Shown here: positions 44,959 to 54,901 of the stretch, piece by piece
How positions within the stretch are numbered: position 1 is the stretch's first letter
Layout of the letters: each line of letters begins with the position of its first letter
IMG/VR virus record: IMGVR_UViG_3300023240_000010
Origin: a virus
Direction: 5' to 3' (one strand)
Length of the DNA stretch: 64,000 nt
Notes under the pieces: generated by a model
What the model saw: the letters and a program-made list of their open reading frames with translations, nothing else
What the model was told of the DNA's origin: nothing
The model's database searches: none
Made by a program: the position numbers and the translations under genes

Positions 44959-46299
44959 TTATGCGAGGATGTTGTCTACGCGGAAGATACGGTAGTATTG
45001 GTTGGTACGAGCGGCAGCAAGTCCGTCTTGAGCACCAGCAGTTCCAGCATATGGGTTAGATACCATACCATAACGAGTCTTGAACCCGATACGTGGTTGG
45101 AAATCATTCTCGCCAACTGCGCGAACCATTTGTAAAGGAACATATGGGCAGTAGAAGATACCAGCGTCATATGGGTTAGTGCCTTTATAACCAACAGTAA
45201 CGTAGTCACCAGTGGCGTAGGGATCGATGAACACTTTAGTGCGACCGTTAAGAACACCAGCAAAAGTATTACCAGTATCATCTACGTTCAAGTTAGCAGA
45301 GATAGCAGGTGAATAATCAAGCATACCGGCAGCAACAAGGGCAGTAGCAACATCTGAAGAACAGATTACTACGTTACCTTTACCGCGACGAGTGTCTTTG
45401 GCGATTTGGTTGCTTTCGCGTTCGATTTGAACTAACAAACCTTTGAACTTCTCTACGCTCCAACGACCGTCTGCATCAGTTGACAAGTCAAAGATACCTT
45501 GAGTCTGGACGTTAGAAGTAAGACAACCGATCTTCGCTTGACTGTTGATAGTACGAACGATTTCGCGGTTGATCTCAGCAAGAATCTCAGTAGACAAGAT
45601 GTTTGCAAGTTCAGTTTCAGCATCCAAACCGTGGATTGCTTTAAGATCCTGAGCAAGTTCAAGCGAGTATTCTGCTTTCAATGCACGAGACTTAGCGGTT
45701 ACAGTTGCTTTCTCGATTGAGAAACCCATTTCAGCGAATGCAGAACCAGTGTTGCCAAGTGCTTCAGCATCAGCAGTAGGCATAGCGCCGCCAACTTTTG
45801 GTACATAAGTAGCGCCAGAATCAGCAATGCTTGAGTCAACGTCAGTATCAGTTGCGCCAACTAGACCAGAAGAACCACGGCCATCAGTAGTAGCAGAAGA
45901 GTCGCCGGAATAACCAGTTACTGCTTCGTTGTACAATGCTTCGTCACCAGCAGTAGCACCGGCACGAGTAGTCTTGTAGTTGCTCTTCATAGCGAAGATC
46001 AAACCAGTAGGACCAGTCATAGGTTGAACACCAGCAAGATCGTATGCCATCAAGTTAGGCATTGCACGACGAACGAGTGCAATCAATACTGGATTCCAGT
46101 TAGCAGTACCAGTTACAGAGGCGTTGCTGTTACCTGGAGTTTCATTAAGCATGTTGCTTTCTTCGAGGAATGCTTTCTCTTGGTTCTCAAGGATAGCGGC
46201 GGTTACTGCTTTACGGTGATGATCGGTGATGGCGCCGGCAGAACTTTCATTCAGCACTGGACTCCACTTCTCAATTAGTTTATCGTATGATTGTTGCAT
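44959..46299 (-). CDS. 23: major capsid protein gp23
   Basis: KW.P.L, LVRRAMPNL.AYD..GVQPMTGPTGLIFAM, SRALKAEYS.ELAQDLKAIHGLDAE, FQPRIGFKTRYG. Confidence 0.98.
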   Translation of the reverse strand: MQQSYDKLIEKWSPVLNESSAGAITDHHRKAVTAAILENQEKAFLEESNMLNETPGNSNASVTGTANWNPVLIALVRRAMPNLMAYDLAGVQPMTGPTGLIFAMKSNYKTTRAGATAGDEALYNEAVTGYSGDSSATTDGRGSSGLVGATDTDVDSSIADSGATYVPKVGGAMPTADAEALGNTGSAFAEMGFSIEKATVTAKSRALKAEYSLELAQDLKAIHGLDAETELANILSTEILAEINREIVRTINSQAKIGCLTSNVQTQGIFDLSTDADGRWSVEKFKGLLVQIERESNQIAKDTRRGKGNVVICSSDVATALVAAGMLDYSPAISANLNVDDTGNTFAGVLNGRTKVFIDPYATGDYVTVGYKGTNPYDAGIFYCPYVPLQMVRAVGENDFQPRIGFKTRYGMVSNPYAGTAGAQDGLAAARTNQYYRIFRVDNILA

Positions 46300-46319
46300 T
46301 TGGTTAATACTCCTAGTAT

Positions 46320-47366
46320 TTACTTATTAGATTTTTTGATTGCGGTAAGGTACTGTTCCATCACTGACCCAGGTACAGGTCCAGTTTCTTCAGCAGACCA
46401 GTCTTCATTGATATCTTCTACAATAGTTGCTACGTCTTTCTTAAAGTAGGACTCTTTAACAGTCTTTACTTTATGTGCGAAAGATTCAGCATCTTCGAAG
46501 TCGAGTGATTCAACTAGACCTTTTAACTTCTCAACCTGAGTGTCAGCAAGATCGCCAGCAGATTCACGAATGATCGCGTCACGCTGAAGTCTTTCTAATT
46601 TCTCAGACATTTCAATGGCAGAACCAGTTTGAGCATTAAGTTTCTCTTCTAATTCTGAAACTTGCTCCGCTAGTTCATCAACAAGATTCACTTTGGATTC
46701 AGGTACTTCGATGTAAGATTCGATGAACAAGTCTTTCAGACTGCCCATAAAGTTCTCAGCGATTTCAGTACGCAGACCAGATTCAACAGCAATCTGATTT
46801 TCTTTCATCCAGTTCTCAACTACATAGTTAAGATATGAATCAACTTTCTCAACTAGGTCACTTCGAGTTGCCTCAAGTTCTTCGTCAAGTCGTGATTGGT
46901 ATTCATCTTCAATTCTTTCAATTTCTTCTGAAAGTTTTGAACGAATAGCAGTATCAAAGATTACAGCAGTTTTCGCTTTAAACTCATCTGATAAAGTTTG
47001 CTCTGATTCAACAAGGTCATTCAATTCGTCAGTTACAGAGAATTCAGGCAGTTCAACTGCGTCTGAAACTTCCATATCATCAAATTCTTCTGACATCTTG
47101 GTGTATGCAGCATTTAGATCCGCTTTCTTCATAGAAGATAACTTACCATACATTGCATTCAGCAAACCTGCTTTAGTCTTTGGTGCAGGATCTTGTTTAG
47201 TATTGTCGCCCTTACGTGCTGGCGCTTTAGACTTAACTCCATCTTCTGCTTTATCTACGGACGCGATTGCGTCTGCTTCGGTGCCTACTGGCATCATTTG
47301 AGTACTTCCTTCCTCGATTGAGTTATCCTCATCAACAGGAAGTACAATTTTCATATCTTCCGACAT
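46320..47366 (-). CDS. 22: prohead core scaffold gp22
   Basis: LS.EFK.K...IF..A, KVD.YLNYVVE.W..EN..A...GLR.EI.E.F. Confidence 0.92.
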   Translation of the reverse strand: MSEDMKIVLPVDEDNSIEEGSTQMMPVGTEADAIASVDKAEDGVKSKAPARKGDNTKQDPAPKTKAGLLNAMYGKLSSMKKADLNAAYTKMSEEFDDMEVSDAVELPEFSVTDELNDLVESEQTLSDEFKAKTAVIFDTAIRSKLSEEIERIEDEYQSRLDEELEATRSDLVEKVDSYLNYVVENWMKENQIAVESGLRTEIAENFMGSLKDLFIESYIEVPESKVNLVDELAEQVSELEEKLNAQTGSAIEMSEKLERLQRDAIIRESAGDLADTQVEKLKGLVESLDFEDAESFAHKVKTVKESYFKKDVATIVEDINEDWSAEETGPVPGSVMEQYLTAIKKSNK

Positions 47367-47376
47367 GTTTGACTCC

Positions 47377-48036
47377 TTAATAGTTCGATTTGAGTAACGA
47401 GAGGAAATTTTTGTACTCACGAATCTGCGTCTCGTAGAGATGCTTTTTCGGAGCAGTTCTTATTTCTGTCTCCATATTTTCAATTACTTGAGAAGAGAGG
47501 ATACCATTGTTCCATACCCAGTCAACGCCTTCCATGATACCATTAACAAATGCTGATGGTGCCGATGGATCTTGTACGATATCGACTGTATTTAACATAT
47601 AGTCATCTTTAACGTACATAACGCCATTTCTATTCTCAAGACTACCCATACCACGAGTTGACACGCCTAGTTGAACGCCACCTTCGAGAAGACCTTTTAC
47701 AATCCTACCCATCGGAGTATCCAATATTTGTGCTTTTCCAACAACATCATTACCTTCCCATTGAAGGTCAGTAATGAGATGTGAAACTTTATCAAGATTT
47801 ACAGTCGGACCTTCGGGATGATTCAACTCACCAACCGCTCGCTTCTGACTTACTTGTTCTTTGACGTATTTATCTACAGCACGTTCCATAATCTGCTTAG
47901 GGTAAATACGACCATTTCTATTCTTTTGCTCTGCCGACATAAAGATGCCTTCAATGACAAACTTCTTCTCACCTTGTGCATTCTTTTCGACAATGCATTG
48001 CACATCATTCTCTGTGTATTCAGTGATCAGTTTCAT
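47377..48036 (-). CDS. 21: prohead protease gp21
   Basis: NRNGRIYP, GEL.HP.GP.VNL..VSH, ILDTPMG, GVSTRGMGSL, DIV.DPSAP.AFV.GIME. Confidence 0.96.
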   Translation of the reverse strand: MKLITEYTENDVQCIVEKNAQGEKKFVIEGIFMSAEQKNRNGRIYPKQIMERAVDKYVKEQVSQKRAVGELNHPEGPTVNLDKVSHLITDLQWEGNDVVGKAQILDTPMGRIVKGLLEGGVQLGVSTRGMGSLENRNGVMYVKDDYMLNTVDIVQDPSAPSAFVNGIMEGVDWVWNNGILSSQVIENMETEIRTAPKKHLYETQIREYKNFLSLLKSNY

Positions 48037-48242
48037 TACATTTCCTTGGCAAATGCTACGCCCATCTTTTCCGCTTCTTTCTGCGAACGATAGGTGTCGA
48101 GTTTTTCACCATCAATGAAGACAGTAAATCCTTTGGCATCTTTGTGAATCATTACTTTCACTTTGCCAACTTTCGTATCGAAGACATGTTCGCCAGCAGG
48201 CATCTTAGTCTTCGCTTCTCTAATTTCTTTGAATGATATCAT
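48036..48242 (-). CDS. small head-module protein (gp68 position)
   Basis: coupled to gp21; I.EA cleavage-like motif near N-terminus. Confidence 0.6.
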   Translation of the reverse strand: MISFKEIREAKTKMPAGEHVFDTKVGKVKVMIHKDAKGFTVFIDGEKLDTYRSQKEAEKMGVAFAKEM

Positions 48243-48877
48243 TTAAACTGTTCCAAATCTATGACAAACATATTGAAAGCACCAAATATCTTTGTTCTAT
48301 TCTTGCTTATAGACAGTAGGTATGCCCACTGTGCTTTTGTCCAATTAGTATCTGCTTCAATAATAATGGCGCTTTTAGCATAAGGTGTAAACTTAGTCAA
48401 AACTTCTTGGATCCTTTCTTTGCCTGAAGTCTTATAGACTGGAAAGAATCTTTGAAGCAATACATAATCATAAAATGTTTCACAATCACGTATCTTGAAA
48501 TCATCTGCTAGTACATCTGTGCATAGATAATCAACAGGCACTTCCCACGATTCTCTTACACACTTAAAGTGGTCAACTTGCTCTTCCCACTCTACTGTTG
48601 ATATATGTAACTTCTTACCAAGTCGATTATTAACAAACTCAAGAAACGCAGGTCCTATACCAATATCTAAGTATATCCCACCTCTATCAAATGTCAGTAA
48701 CCTCTTATATAGTAATTCATTAAACTTAATCTGGTTACGCATGTTCTTAGCATTCATGTACTGCACTGTGCTAAGATGCATAGGAACCGCGAACAGTTCC
48801 TTATGCTTCATTACGTAGTAAAGATGATCCTCTGATGCCTGATCAATGATCGCTTCAAATTTTTTGTCTACTAGCAT
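48239..48877 (-). CDS. putative class I SAM-dependent methyltransferase inserted in head operon
   Basis: YLDIGIGPAF motif I, acidic residue after beta2 (STVEW), YDYVLL; preceded by two TATAAATA boxes. Confidence 0.6.
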   Translation of the reverse strand: MLVDKKFEAIIDQASEDHLYYVMKHKELFAVPMHLSTVQYMNAKNMRNQIKFNELLYKRLLTFDRGGIYLDIGIGPAFLEFVNNRLGKKLHISTVEWEEQVDHFKCVRESWEVPVDYLCTDVLADDFKIRDCETFYDYVLLQRFFPVYKTSGKERIQEVLTKFTPYAKSAIIIEADTNWTKAQWAYLLSISKNRTKIFGAFNMFVIDLEQFK

Positions 48878-48897
48878 TTATTTATACTTATTAGTAT

Positions 48898-49203
48898 TTA
48901 TACTTCAGAGTCGTCGAGGTCTTCATCTTCTTCATCTTCATCTTCTTCAATGTCATCCTCAGCATCGTCACCCGCATCTGCCCACATATCTGCTTGCGAA
49001 TTAAAGATTTGATCTGCAATTCTAATCTTCGCCTGATCAAGTGTATCTGACAGTCTCTCGCCAACTAAGTCATTAAACTGTGTCTCTGCCGCATTAAAGT
49101 CCTGCGCTTGTATAGCATCAATTAAATCAGCGATAGGTTGTGAACCAGTCTCAATAGGTTCTGCTTGTATCTCATCAATAATCACGTTTTCATCTGACAT
49201 CAT
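48898..49203 (-). CDS. acidic prohead core protein (gp67-like)
   Basis: position after portal; highly acidic C-terminus. Confidence 0.7.
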   Translation of the reverse strand: MMSDENVIIDEIQAEPIETGSQPIADLIDAIQAQDFNAAETQFNDLVGERLSDTLDQAKIRIADQIFNSQADMWADAGDDAEDDIEEDEDEEDEDLDDSEV

Positions 49204-49221
49204 ATTCTCCAAAATTTATCG

Positions 49222-50844
49222 TTACTTTTCTTGTGTAGTATCTATGTCTTTCTTAACTGGCGCTTTAGGTGCGGCAACTGGTGCAGTAGGAGCAGGTGCT
49301 TTAGGTGCTGGTTCTTCTTTCTCATCTTCAGCACCAGGAGTCCTGTCTACAATCTCATCGTCAGAGATTTCTTTAGCAATGTCCTTCTTCATGTCTTTCA
49401 TATCATCTTCGCTTAACTGAAGAACATTACGCATGACCCAATCTTTAGAGAAGTATTCACCAACGTACTGTGTTACTTCATTCATTAGACCAACACGCTC
49501 TCGAAGAATCTCCATCTCTTTAAGTTCGGTGAAATAGTTGTCCTTCATGAAATCTACATAGATGTCATCTTTCCACTCTTCCCAATCTTGCTCAGTAATA
49601 ATACCCTTGAGTAATAACTGCTTGCGCAAGATGTTCATGAACAGAGCAGAGAATCTACGTCTCAAGCGATCAATGAACTTTTGGAACTTAACTTCGTCTC
49701 GTGAAATCTCAGTACTACGACCTAGTGAGAACTGTGCCTCTTGCTCTAATCGACTGACAGGTACATTCAGTGAACGATACAAACGCTTCTGAAAGTAGAT
49801 AACATCATCAATCTGTCCAAGATTCTCGCCGCCAGGCAGTGTACTAATCTCAGTACCACGCCCGCCTTCTCTACGTGGCAACCAGAAATCTTCGAGCATA
49901 GACATATGCTTACGGTCATCTTTCATCTGACCAGTATCAGCATCATATACTAACTTGTTACGATACTGTGTCATAATGTCTTTCATGTATTGATCTGCCT
50001 TACCACGAGGTAAGTTACCAACATCAATATAAAAGATTCGACGTTCTGGTGCGCGAGCAAGTCTATAGATTACTAGACTATCTTCCATCATGCGCAACTG
50101 ATTAATGGGTTTTAATGCTTTGTGAAGATAAGATACTACCTTCTTTTTAGATTCGTCAAGTAGACCCGAAGTAACATATGCAATTGAGTCAGTCGCTAGT
50201 TTAACACCACTACTCTGATTGCCTGGTTTGTCTTCGTATACGTAGTACTCATCGATGCTATCAACAAGTTTAACGCCAGTTCTGGGATCTTTCTTGTATT
50301 TAATTTCTTTAACTTTGCGCACTTTTGCGCTATCGATGTTACGTATCTCTTGGATGCCCGCTTTCATGTTGCTTTCATTAACAAGCAAATGATAGTACAG
50401 TCTACCGTCTACGTAGAACGATCTGAATATATCGTGACCCAGTTCATTGAACTTGAGCATTGCAACAATGCTGTCAAACTCATCTCGAATCAAATCTTTA
50501 ATCTTATCTGATGCTTCAATATCATCAAGAGCAATCTCGACGGATGAAGAATTTTCTGAAGAAGAGATACCTTCATTTACAATCTCTTCAATTGCCATGT
50601 CTACTTCGGGATGCATTGCAACACCTCGATAGCGCATGATTAATTGTGCATTATCTTTAGACTGGTCGCCTTCCATGTTTACGTACTGACCAAAGTGACC
50701 AGCAGTAGCAGTTACATAACCTGCACCGTCATTGTCTGTTGGAGGCACGACAGATGGCAACTTCTCTTTATTAGAAGTCGCTTTGCCTGCTCTTTTGATT
50801 TCGAATCCAAAGAGTTTTAATGCGTTGTTGTCTTGGTCTGCCAT
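49222..50844 (-). CDS. 20: portal protein gp20
   Basis: HPEVD.AIE.IVNE, YVDGR, LHKA.KP.NQLRMMEDSLVIYRL.RAPERRIFYIDVGNLP, EDFWLPRREGGRGTEI.TLPGG. Confidence 0.98.
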   Translation of the reverse strand: MADQDNNALKLFGFEIKRAGKATSNKEKLPSVVPPTDNDGAGYVTATAGHFGQYVNMEGDQSKDNAQLIMRYRGVAMHPEVDMAIEEIVNEGISSSENSSSVEIALDDIEASDKIKDLIRDEFDSIVAMLKFNELGHDIFRSFYVDGRLYYHLLVNESNMKAGIQEIRNIDSAKVRKVKEIKYKKDPRTGVKLVDSIDEYYVYEDKPGNQSSGVKLATDSIAYVTSGLLDESKKKVVSYLHKALKPINQLRMMEDSLVIYRLARAPERRIFYIDVGNLPRGKADQYMKDIMTQYRNKLVYDADTGQMKDDRKHMSMLEDFWLPRREGGRGTEISTLPGGENLGQIDDVIYFQKRLYRSLNVPVSRLEQEAQFSLGRSTEISRDEVKFQKFIDRLRRRFSALFMNILRKQLLLKGIITEQDWEEWKDDIYVDFMKDNYFTELKEMEILRERVGLMNEVTQYVGEYFSKDWVMRNVLQLSEDDMKDMKKDIAKEISDDEIVDRTPGAEDEKEEPAPKAPAPTAPVAAPKAPVKKDIDTTQEK

Positions 50845-50861
50845 ATTCTTTCCTAGTAAAT

Positions 50862-50895
50862 AATAATGAGGGAGCACCGAAGCACTCCCTATTAT
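50862..50895 (-). terminator. intrinsic terminator after gp19
   Basis: AUAAUAGGGAGUGC-UUCG-GUGCUCCCUCAUUAU UUCG-loop hairpin. Confidence 0.75.
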
Positions 50896-50906
50896 TTAGT
50901 ACGGTC

Positions 50907-51434
50907 TTAACTAGTAGTATTTGATTCCCAATACTGATATGAGAACGTCACATCAAAGGTTTCAACTTCGTCACGAGTATCATAACTCAGAGCGATTGGT
51001 CCTACAAGTGTTGGGAAAGCACCTCTGAACTGATAACGCTTTAGTACGTCAGAGTTACGATCCAACTGATCAACAATTAAGTCTGCTTGATAATCGACAG
51101 GATTAATTAAACCAGTGTTAGATTGGTGTGCATTGATACCGTTCATCCAACGCTCGAAAGCATCACGAACATCGAAATCAGTATCGTTAATAATGGTTAC
51201 TGTCCAATCTTCGAATGTACGATCACCAGCAATCTTCATCTCACGACCACGGAATGGTACCAAAAGAGGTGCCATCTGTGATTGTGGCAACTGTGCTGAT
51301 TTGCAAAGGAATGACGTAAGTTCTACGTTACCCCCAGCATATGCCGGAAAGTTAAGGGTTGTCTTAAACAGGTTGGGGCGAGCACCGCCACCTCTGAGTT
51401 TCGATTTAAAATCATCTACGCCTAAAATTGCCAT
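50907..51434 (-). CDS. 19: tail tube protein gp19
   Basis: GGARPNLF, FRGR..KIAGDRTF..WT.T.IND, FE.W.N.IN, F.VTF.YQYW. Confidence 0.96.
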   Translation of the reverse strand: MAILGVDDFKSKLRGGGARPNLFKTTLNFPAYAGGNVELTSFLCKSAQLPQSQMAPLLVPFRGREMKIAGDRTFEDWTVTIINDTDFDVRDAFERWMNGINAHQSNTGLINPVDYQADLIVDQLDRNSDVLKRYQFRGAFPTLVGPIALSYDTRDEVETFDVTFSYQYWESNTTS

Positions 51435-51447
51435 TGTCTATTCTCCC

Positions 51448-53193
51448 TTATACCAGACCGACTACTTCATCGAAATCAACACCGGTTCTAACTGCTACGA
51501 AGTTCAAAGATACGTAGTTGATAGATCGTGCTGGTTTGATAAAGACAGTAGCGATAAATTGATTATTGTCAATCACTGATGCTGTGTTGTTTGTTTCGTC
51601 ACATACAACTCTAAAATCAGTAATGCCTCTACGACCCTTAATCTCTCTCAAGAAAGGTTCGACTATGTTTACGAACTCAGCACGAGTGAACTCATCATTG
51701 AATTCAAACATTACGTTCTGTGCTGCCGCTTTGATTGCACGTTCTACGCCTAAGAACAGACGACGGACGTTGATACGATCAAATGCAGATGGACGACCTA
51801 GTTTAGTCTTATCGCCATACAGAAGAATACCTTGTCCTGGCAGATTAACGATTGGGTTAACGCCTGCTTTGTACAGAGTATCACGCTGTGCTTTAGTTGC
51901 TGAGTATGCAAGATTAGTTACGCCATAGTACTGACCACGGCGACTGCCTGCAGGAGAGAACCAAGGTGCCGCAACATCATCAGTCAATGCCATTACACCA
52001 GCAGTCGATGCTGCCGCGGCAATATAAACATACTGATCATTATACTTGTCATACACTTTAAGATAGTTGTTATCAACAATCAAGTAAGAAGATGCAGGAA
52101 ACAAGTTAGCAGTAGCGACAGTGTTTGTTACTATAGCACTAGGTGCTACACCGACAACATCAGCACGTGCAGGAGATGTTACAACAACACAATCTTTACG
52201 TGCAGTAGCAATGCTTACAAGATTACTTACAACTGTTACTTGATCCGCTGAAAGTTGCGCACCAGGAGCAATGAGAAAGTCAACTTGAATAGTATCAACA
52301 TCTTCGAACAAACTGAATCCAGAGAGATATTCAGCAGTAGTGAATGTTCCACTGTTTGCACCGCCAGAAAGAATGGTGGTATCGATAGCAGTCTTAGTGC
52401 CAGTGCCATTAACGGCAGCAGTAAATAATACTGAAGTGGTAGTAGTTGCAACTTCGTCGGGCAGACTTACACATCGTACAAACTCAGAACCGGCATTGAC
52501 TACATCGACGGCATAGTTAGATGCGCCTTCAGGAGTTCTAGCATCAGTTGCTACAGATACGTATGGGAATGCTTCAAGAACAGTGCCAGGAGTGCCTGAG
52601 AATTGACCAGTACGATCAATAACTGCAATGTGAATTTCGTCAAAAGCAACATCACCAGAAGCAGATAAACCTGCTACATGAGATGAAGTACCTGGACGTC
52701 CATCGAAAGATGCTTTGTATGCCCAAGTAGCGAATAAATCAGTAGTTGCGCGAGGACAAATCTGAACGTCGATTGAGTTTCCAACAACACCAGCGTGTTT
52801 GCCAACGAACGTATGTCCGCCTGCACTTAACCCTGATTTAGTATTCAAGAAAGCATCATCGTTCTTGATTGTAGGTGCGCTTGCGCCTCCATCACTGTCA
52901 TATGAGTTAACTGCGGTAGCAGTAGCATCACGAACAACATAGAGATCGGTAGAATATTTTAGAAAAGAACTTGCTGTCAAGTAATCGACAACAGAACTAT
53001 CGTTTGTTAATGTAGGAGATCCGAATACACCTACCAATTGAGATTCATTTGAAATCTTTGTTGGTACGCCTATAGGTCCCCAGTTAAAGTCGCCAACAAT
53101 TGCACCAGTAGAAGAAGTGACAGCAGGAACAACACCTGATAAGTCAAACTCTTTTACTGTAATGTTGGGAGACTCTGATGGTATAAATGCCAT
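51448..53193 (-). CDS. 18: tail sheath protein gp18
   Basis: SP...VKE.DLS, F.WGP, PWFSPAG..RG, RD.LY..GVNP, GDKT....SAFDRINVRRLF, IKPARSIN; late promoter ~53265-53258. Confidence 0.97.
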   Translation of the reverse strand: MAFIPSESPNITVKEFDLSGVVPAVTSSTGAIVGDFNWGPIGVPTKISNESQLVGVFGSPTLTNDSSVVDYLTASSFLKYSTDLYVVRDATATAVNSYDSDGGASAPTIKNDDAFLNTKSGLSAGGHTFVGKHAGVVGNSIDVQICPRATTDLFATWAYKASFDGRPGTSSHVAGLSASGDVAFDEIHIAVIDRTGQFSGTPGTVLEAFPYVSVATDARTPEGASNYAVDVVNAGSEFVRCVSLPDEVATTTTSVLFTAAVNGTGTKTAIDTTILSGGANSGTFTTAEYLSGFSLFEDVDTIQVDFLIAPGAQLSADQVTVVSNLVSIATARKDCVVVTSPARADVVGVAPSAIVTNTVATANLFPASSYLIVDNNYLKVYDKYNDQYVYIAAAASTAGVMALTDDVAAPWFSPAGSRRGQYYGVTNLAYSATKAQRDTLYKAGVNPIVNLPGQGILLYGDKTKLGRPSAFDRINVRRLFLGVERAIKAAAQNVMFEFNDEFTRAEFVNIVEPFLREIKGRRGITDFRVVCDETNNTASVIDNNQFIATVFIKPARSINYVSLNFVAVRTGVDFDEVVGLV

Positions 53194-53278
53194 GGTCTTG
53201 TCCTTTATTAGTTAAACATATGATAAGAATTCATAATACGGTTGTATATCAATGTTTTATTTATACATACTGTTATTT

Positions 53279-54901
53279 TCAATATGTATCATTACCCCAC
53301 GTTGCCCATTGCTGGTGTTTATCATTCTCTGACTGTTCAATACGATCTATTTCAGCACTGCCGTCATCAATAAAACCGAAGGGCACGATATCATCTTCGA
53401 TCTGTCTTACTTGATTTTCGAACATCATCTGCTTTAAATTGATATCTGTCATGTCTGCGAAGAACTGTGTGGATACAAAGTAACCAAACATCACTAGATT
53501 CATCATCAAGTCATCGTGATTACCATCTGATGCTTCATAAGATTGTCCCTGTGCTGTAAACGTGGACATCTCAAAGATAGTATTCTCATCGACGATTTCT
53601 AACTTGTTCTCTTCAAGAATATCTTTGATAGCAGAACAACCTAGTCGCTTCGACTTACGGGTTATTTCAACACCAATTCGATTTGCTTTAGTAGCAGATT
53701 CGACATGGACATTCTCGTACTCTAAGTCGTGATACAGACCTTGACACACTACAGTGCCTTGATCGTTTGACTCGACTATAACATACGCTTCATTGTAGAC
53801 TTTCGCATATTTATATATAATGTCAGGGAAGAGTAATGGAGAGATATTGTTGTTGCGATATACACATACCTGTTGAAAAGGTCTTGTAGTAATATCGATT
53901 AATGTAAATGTAGAATAATCCTGACCTCTTCCCTTACTCACATCACAAGTCATGATATATTCGTGACTTTGTACAGGTTCTTTATATACGAGGCAATCAC
54001 CGCCTTCTAGTATCTGTATAGGATTAATTGCTCTCAAGTCTAATAGACAACCAGCATTAATCAGCGTATCACCTGTTCCGAAGAAGGTGTTACCAAACTC
54101 TTGATCGAACTGCAACTGCGAAGTGTTCGCAATAGTCTGTCGCTTCCACTCTTCGTCTCGTCCAGGTACATCCCACCAGTTTACGGTGAATGGTTTATAT
54201 TCATTAACTTTCTGAGTTGCACCCTGCCATATCTTGTGATATGTATTACCTATTCCGTTGGCGGTTGAGGTGATGATAACTTTTGTATCTTTGCCCGCAG
54301 AGACAACTGGATACGTTGAAGTATAGAACTCAGCAGCGCGTTCAACGAAAGCAAACTCATCGAGAAACAACAGATTAACAGACATACCCCGAATAGAAGA
54401 CCCACTAGTAGCAGCGGCAATAATTCGACTATTATTAGAAAATTCAATAGAACCTTTATTGAGTGCTTTACAACCTGGTTGCAGAAAGAACGGTAGATTC
54501 TCAAGAGCAAGTGTAATACGCTGTAGCATTTCACGAGAGGTTGCTCCTTTGTTCGCTAGAACAGCAATCGTTTTCTCTGGATGAAAGAGCGCATACCATA
54601 AAAGGTATACAACAGATGATATAGATTTGCCTGACTGTCTACAAGCAAGCACGATAGTGAATCTGTGTGCACCAAAGTGATCAAACATATTTTCTTGATA
54701 ATCATATAGATTAAAGTTTACAAGACCTTCATCTAATGATATAATCTTAATGTAAGTACGAGCAAAGTAAGCAGGATCATTACTGCACTTCGCGTACTCC
54801 ATGACTTCCCACTCAGTCCATTGTTGTAATACGCCGTCACGTTTTACATTAGGATTACCGAGATAGGATGTGCCGCTATTGAGGTTCGTCTGGAACGACA
54901 T
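53279..54901 (-). CDS. 17: terminase large subunit gp17
   Basis: YLGNPN.K, RQSGKS, ILANK..T.RE, SIRG.S, LDEFAF, STANG, DVS.G.G.DYS, HDDL.M. Confidence 0.97.
   Translation of the reverse strand: MSFQTNLNSGTSYLGNPNVKRDGVLQQWTEWEVMEYAKCSNDPAYFARTYIKIISLDEGLVNFNLYDYQENMFDHFGAHRFTIVLACRQSGKSISSVVYLLWYALFHPEKTIAVLANKGATSREMLQRITLALENLPFFLQPGCKALNKGSIEFSNNSRIIAAATSGSSIRGMSVNLLFLDEFAFVERAAEFYTSTYPVVSAGKDTKVIITSTANGIGNTYHKIWQGATQKVNEYKPFTVNWWDVPGRDEEWKRQTIANTSQLQFDQEFGNTFFGTGDTLINAGCLLDLRAINPIQILEGGDCLVYKEPVQSHEYIMTCDVSKGRGQDYSTFTLIDITTRPFQQVCVYRNNNISPLLFPDIIYKYAKVYNEAYVIVESNDQGTVVCQGLYHDLEYENVHVESATKANRIGVEITRKSKRLGCSAIKDILEENKLEIVDENTIFEMSTFTAQGQSYEASDGNHDDLMMNLVMFGYFVSTQFFADMTDINLKQMMFENQVRQIEDDIVPFGFIDDGSAEIDRIEQSENDKHQQWATWGNDTY

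Noticed and set aside
28082-48877. Methyltransferases as a restriction-modification or DNA methylation system
   Set aside because: No DPPY/NPPY or PCQ catalytic motifs and no adjacent restriction enzyme; they resemble small-molecule or glycan methyltransferases.
23368-54901. Inteins, introns or stop-codon recoding in core genes
   Set aside because: gp41, gp43, gp46, UvsW, gp17, gp20 and gp23 are continuous, of normal length and read in the standard code.
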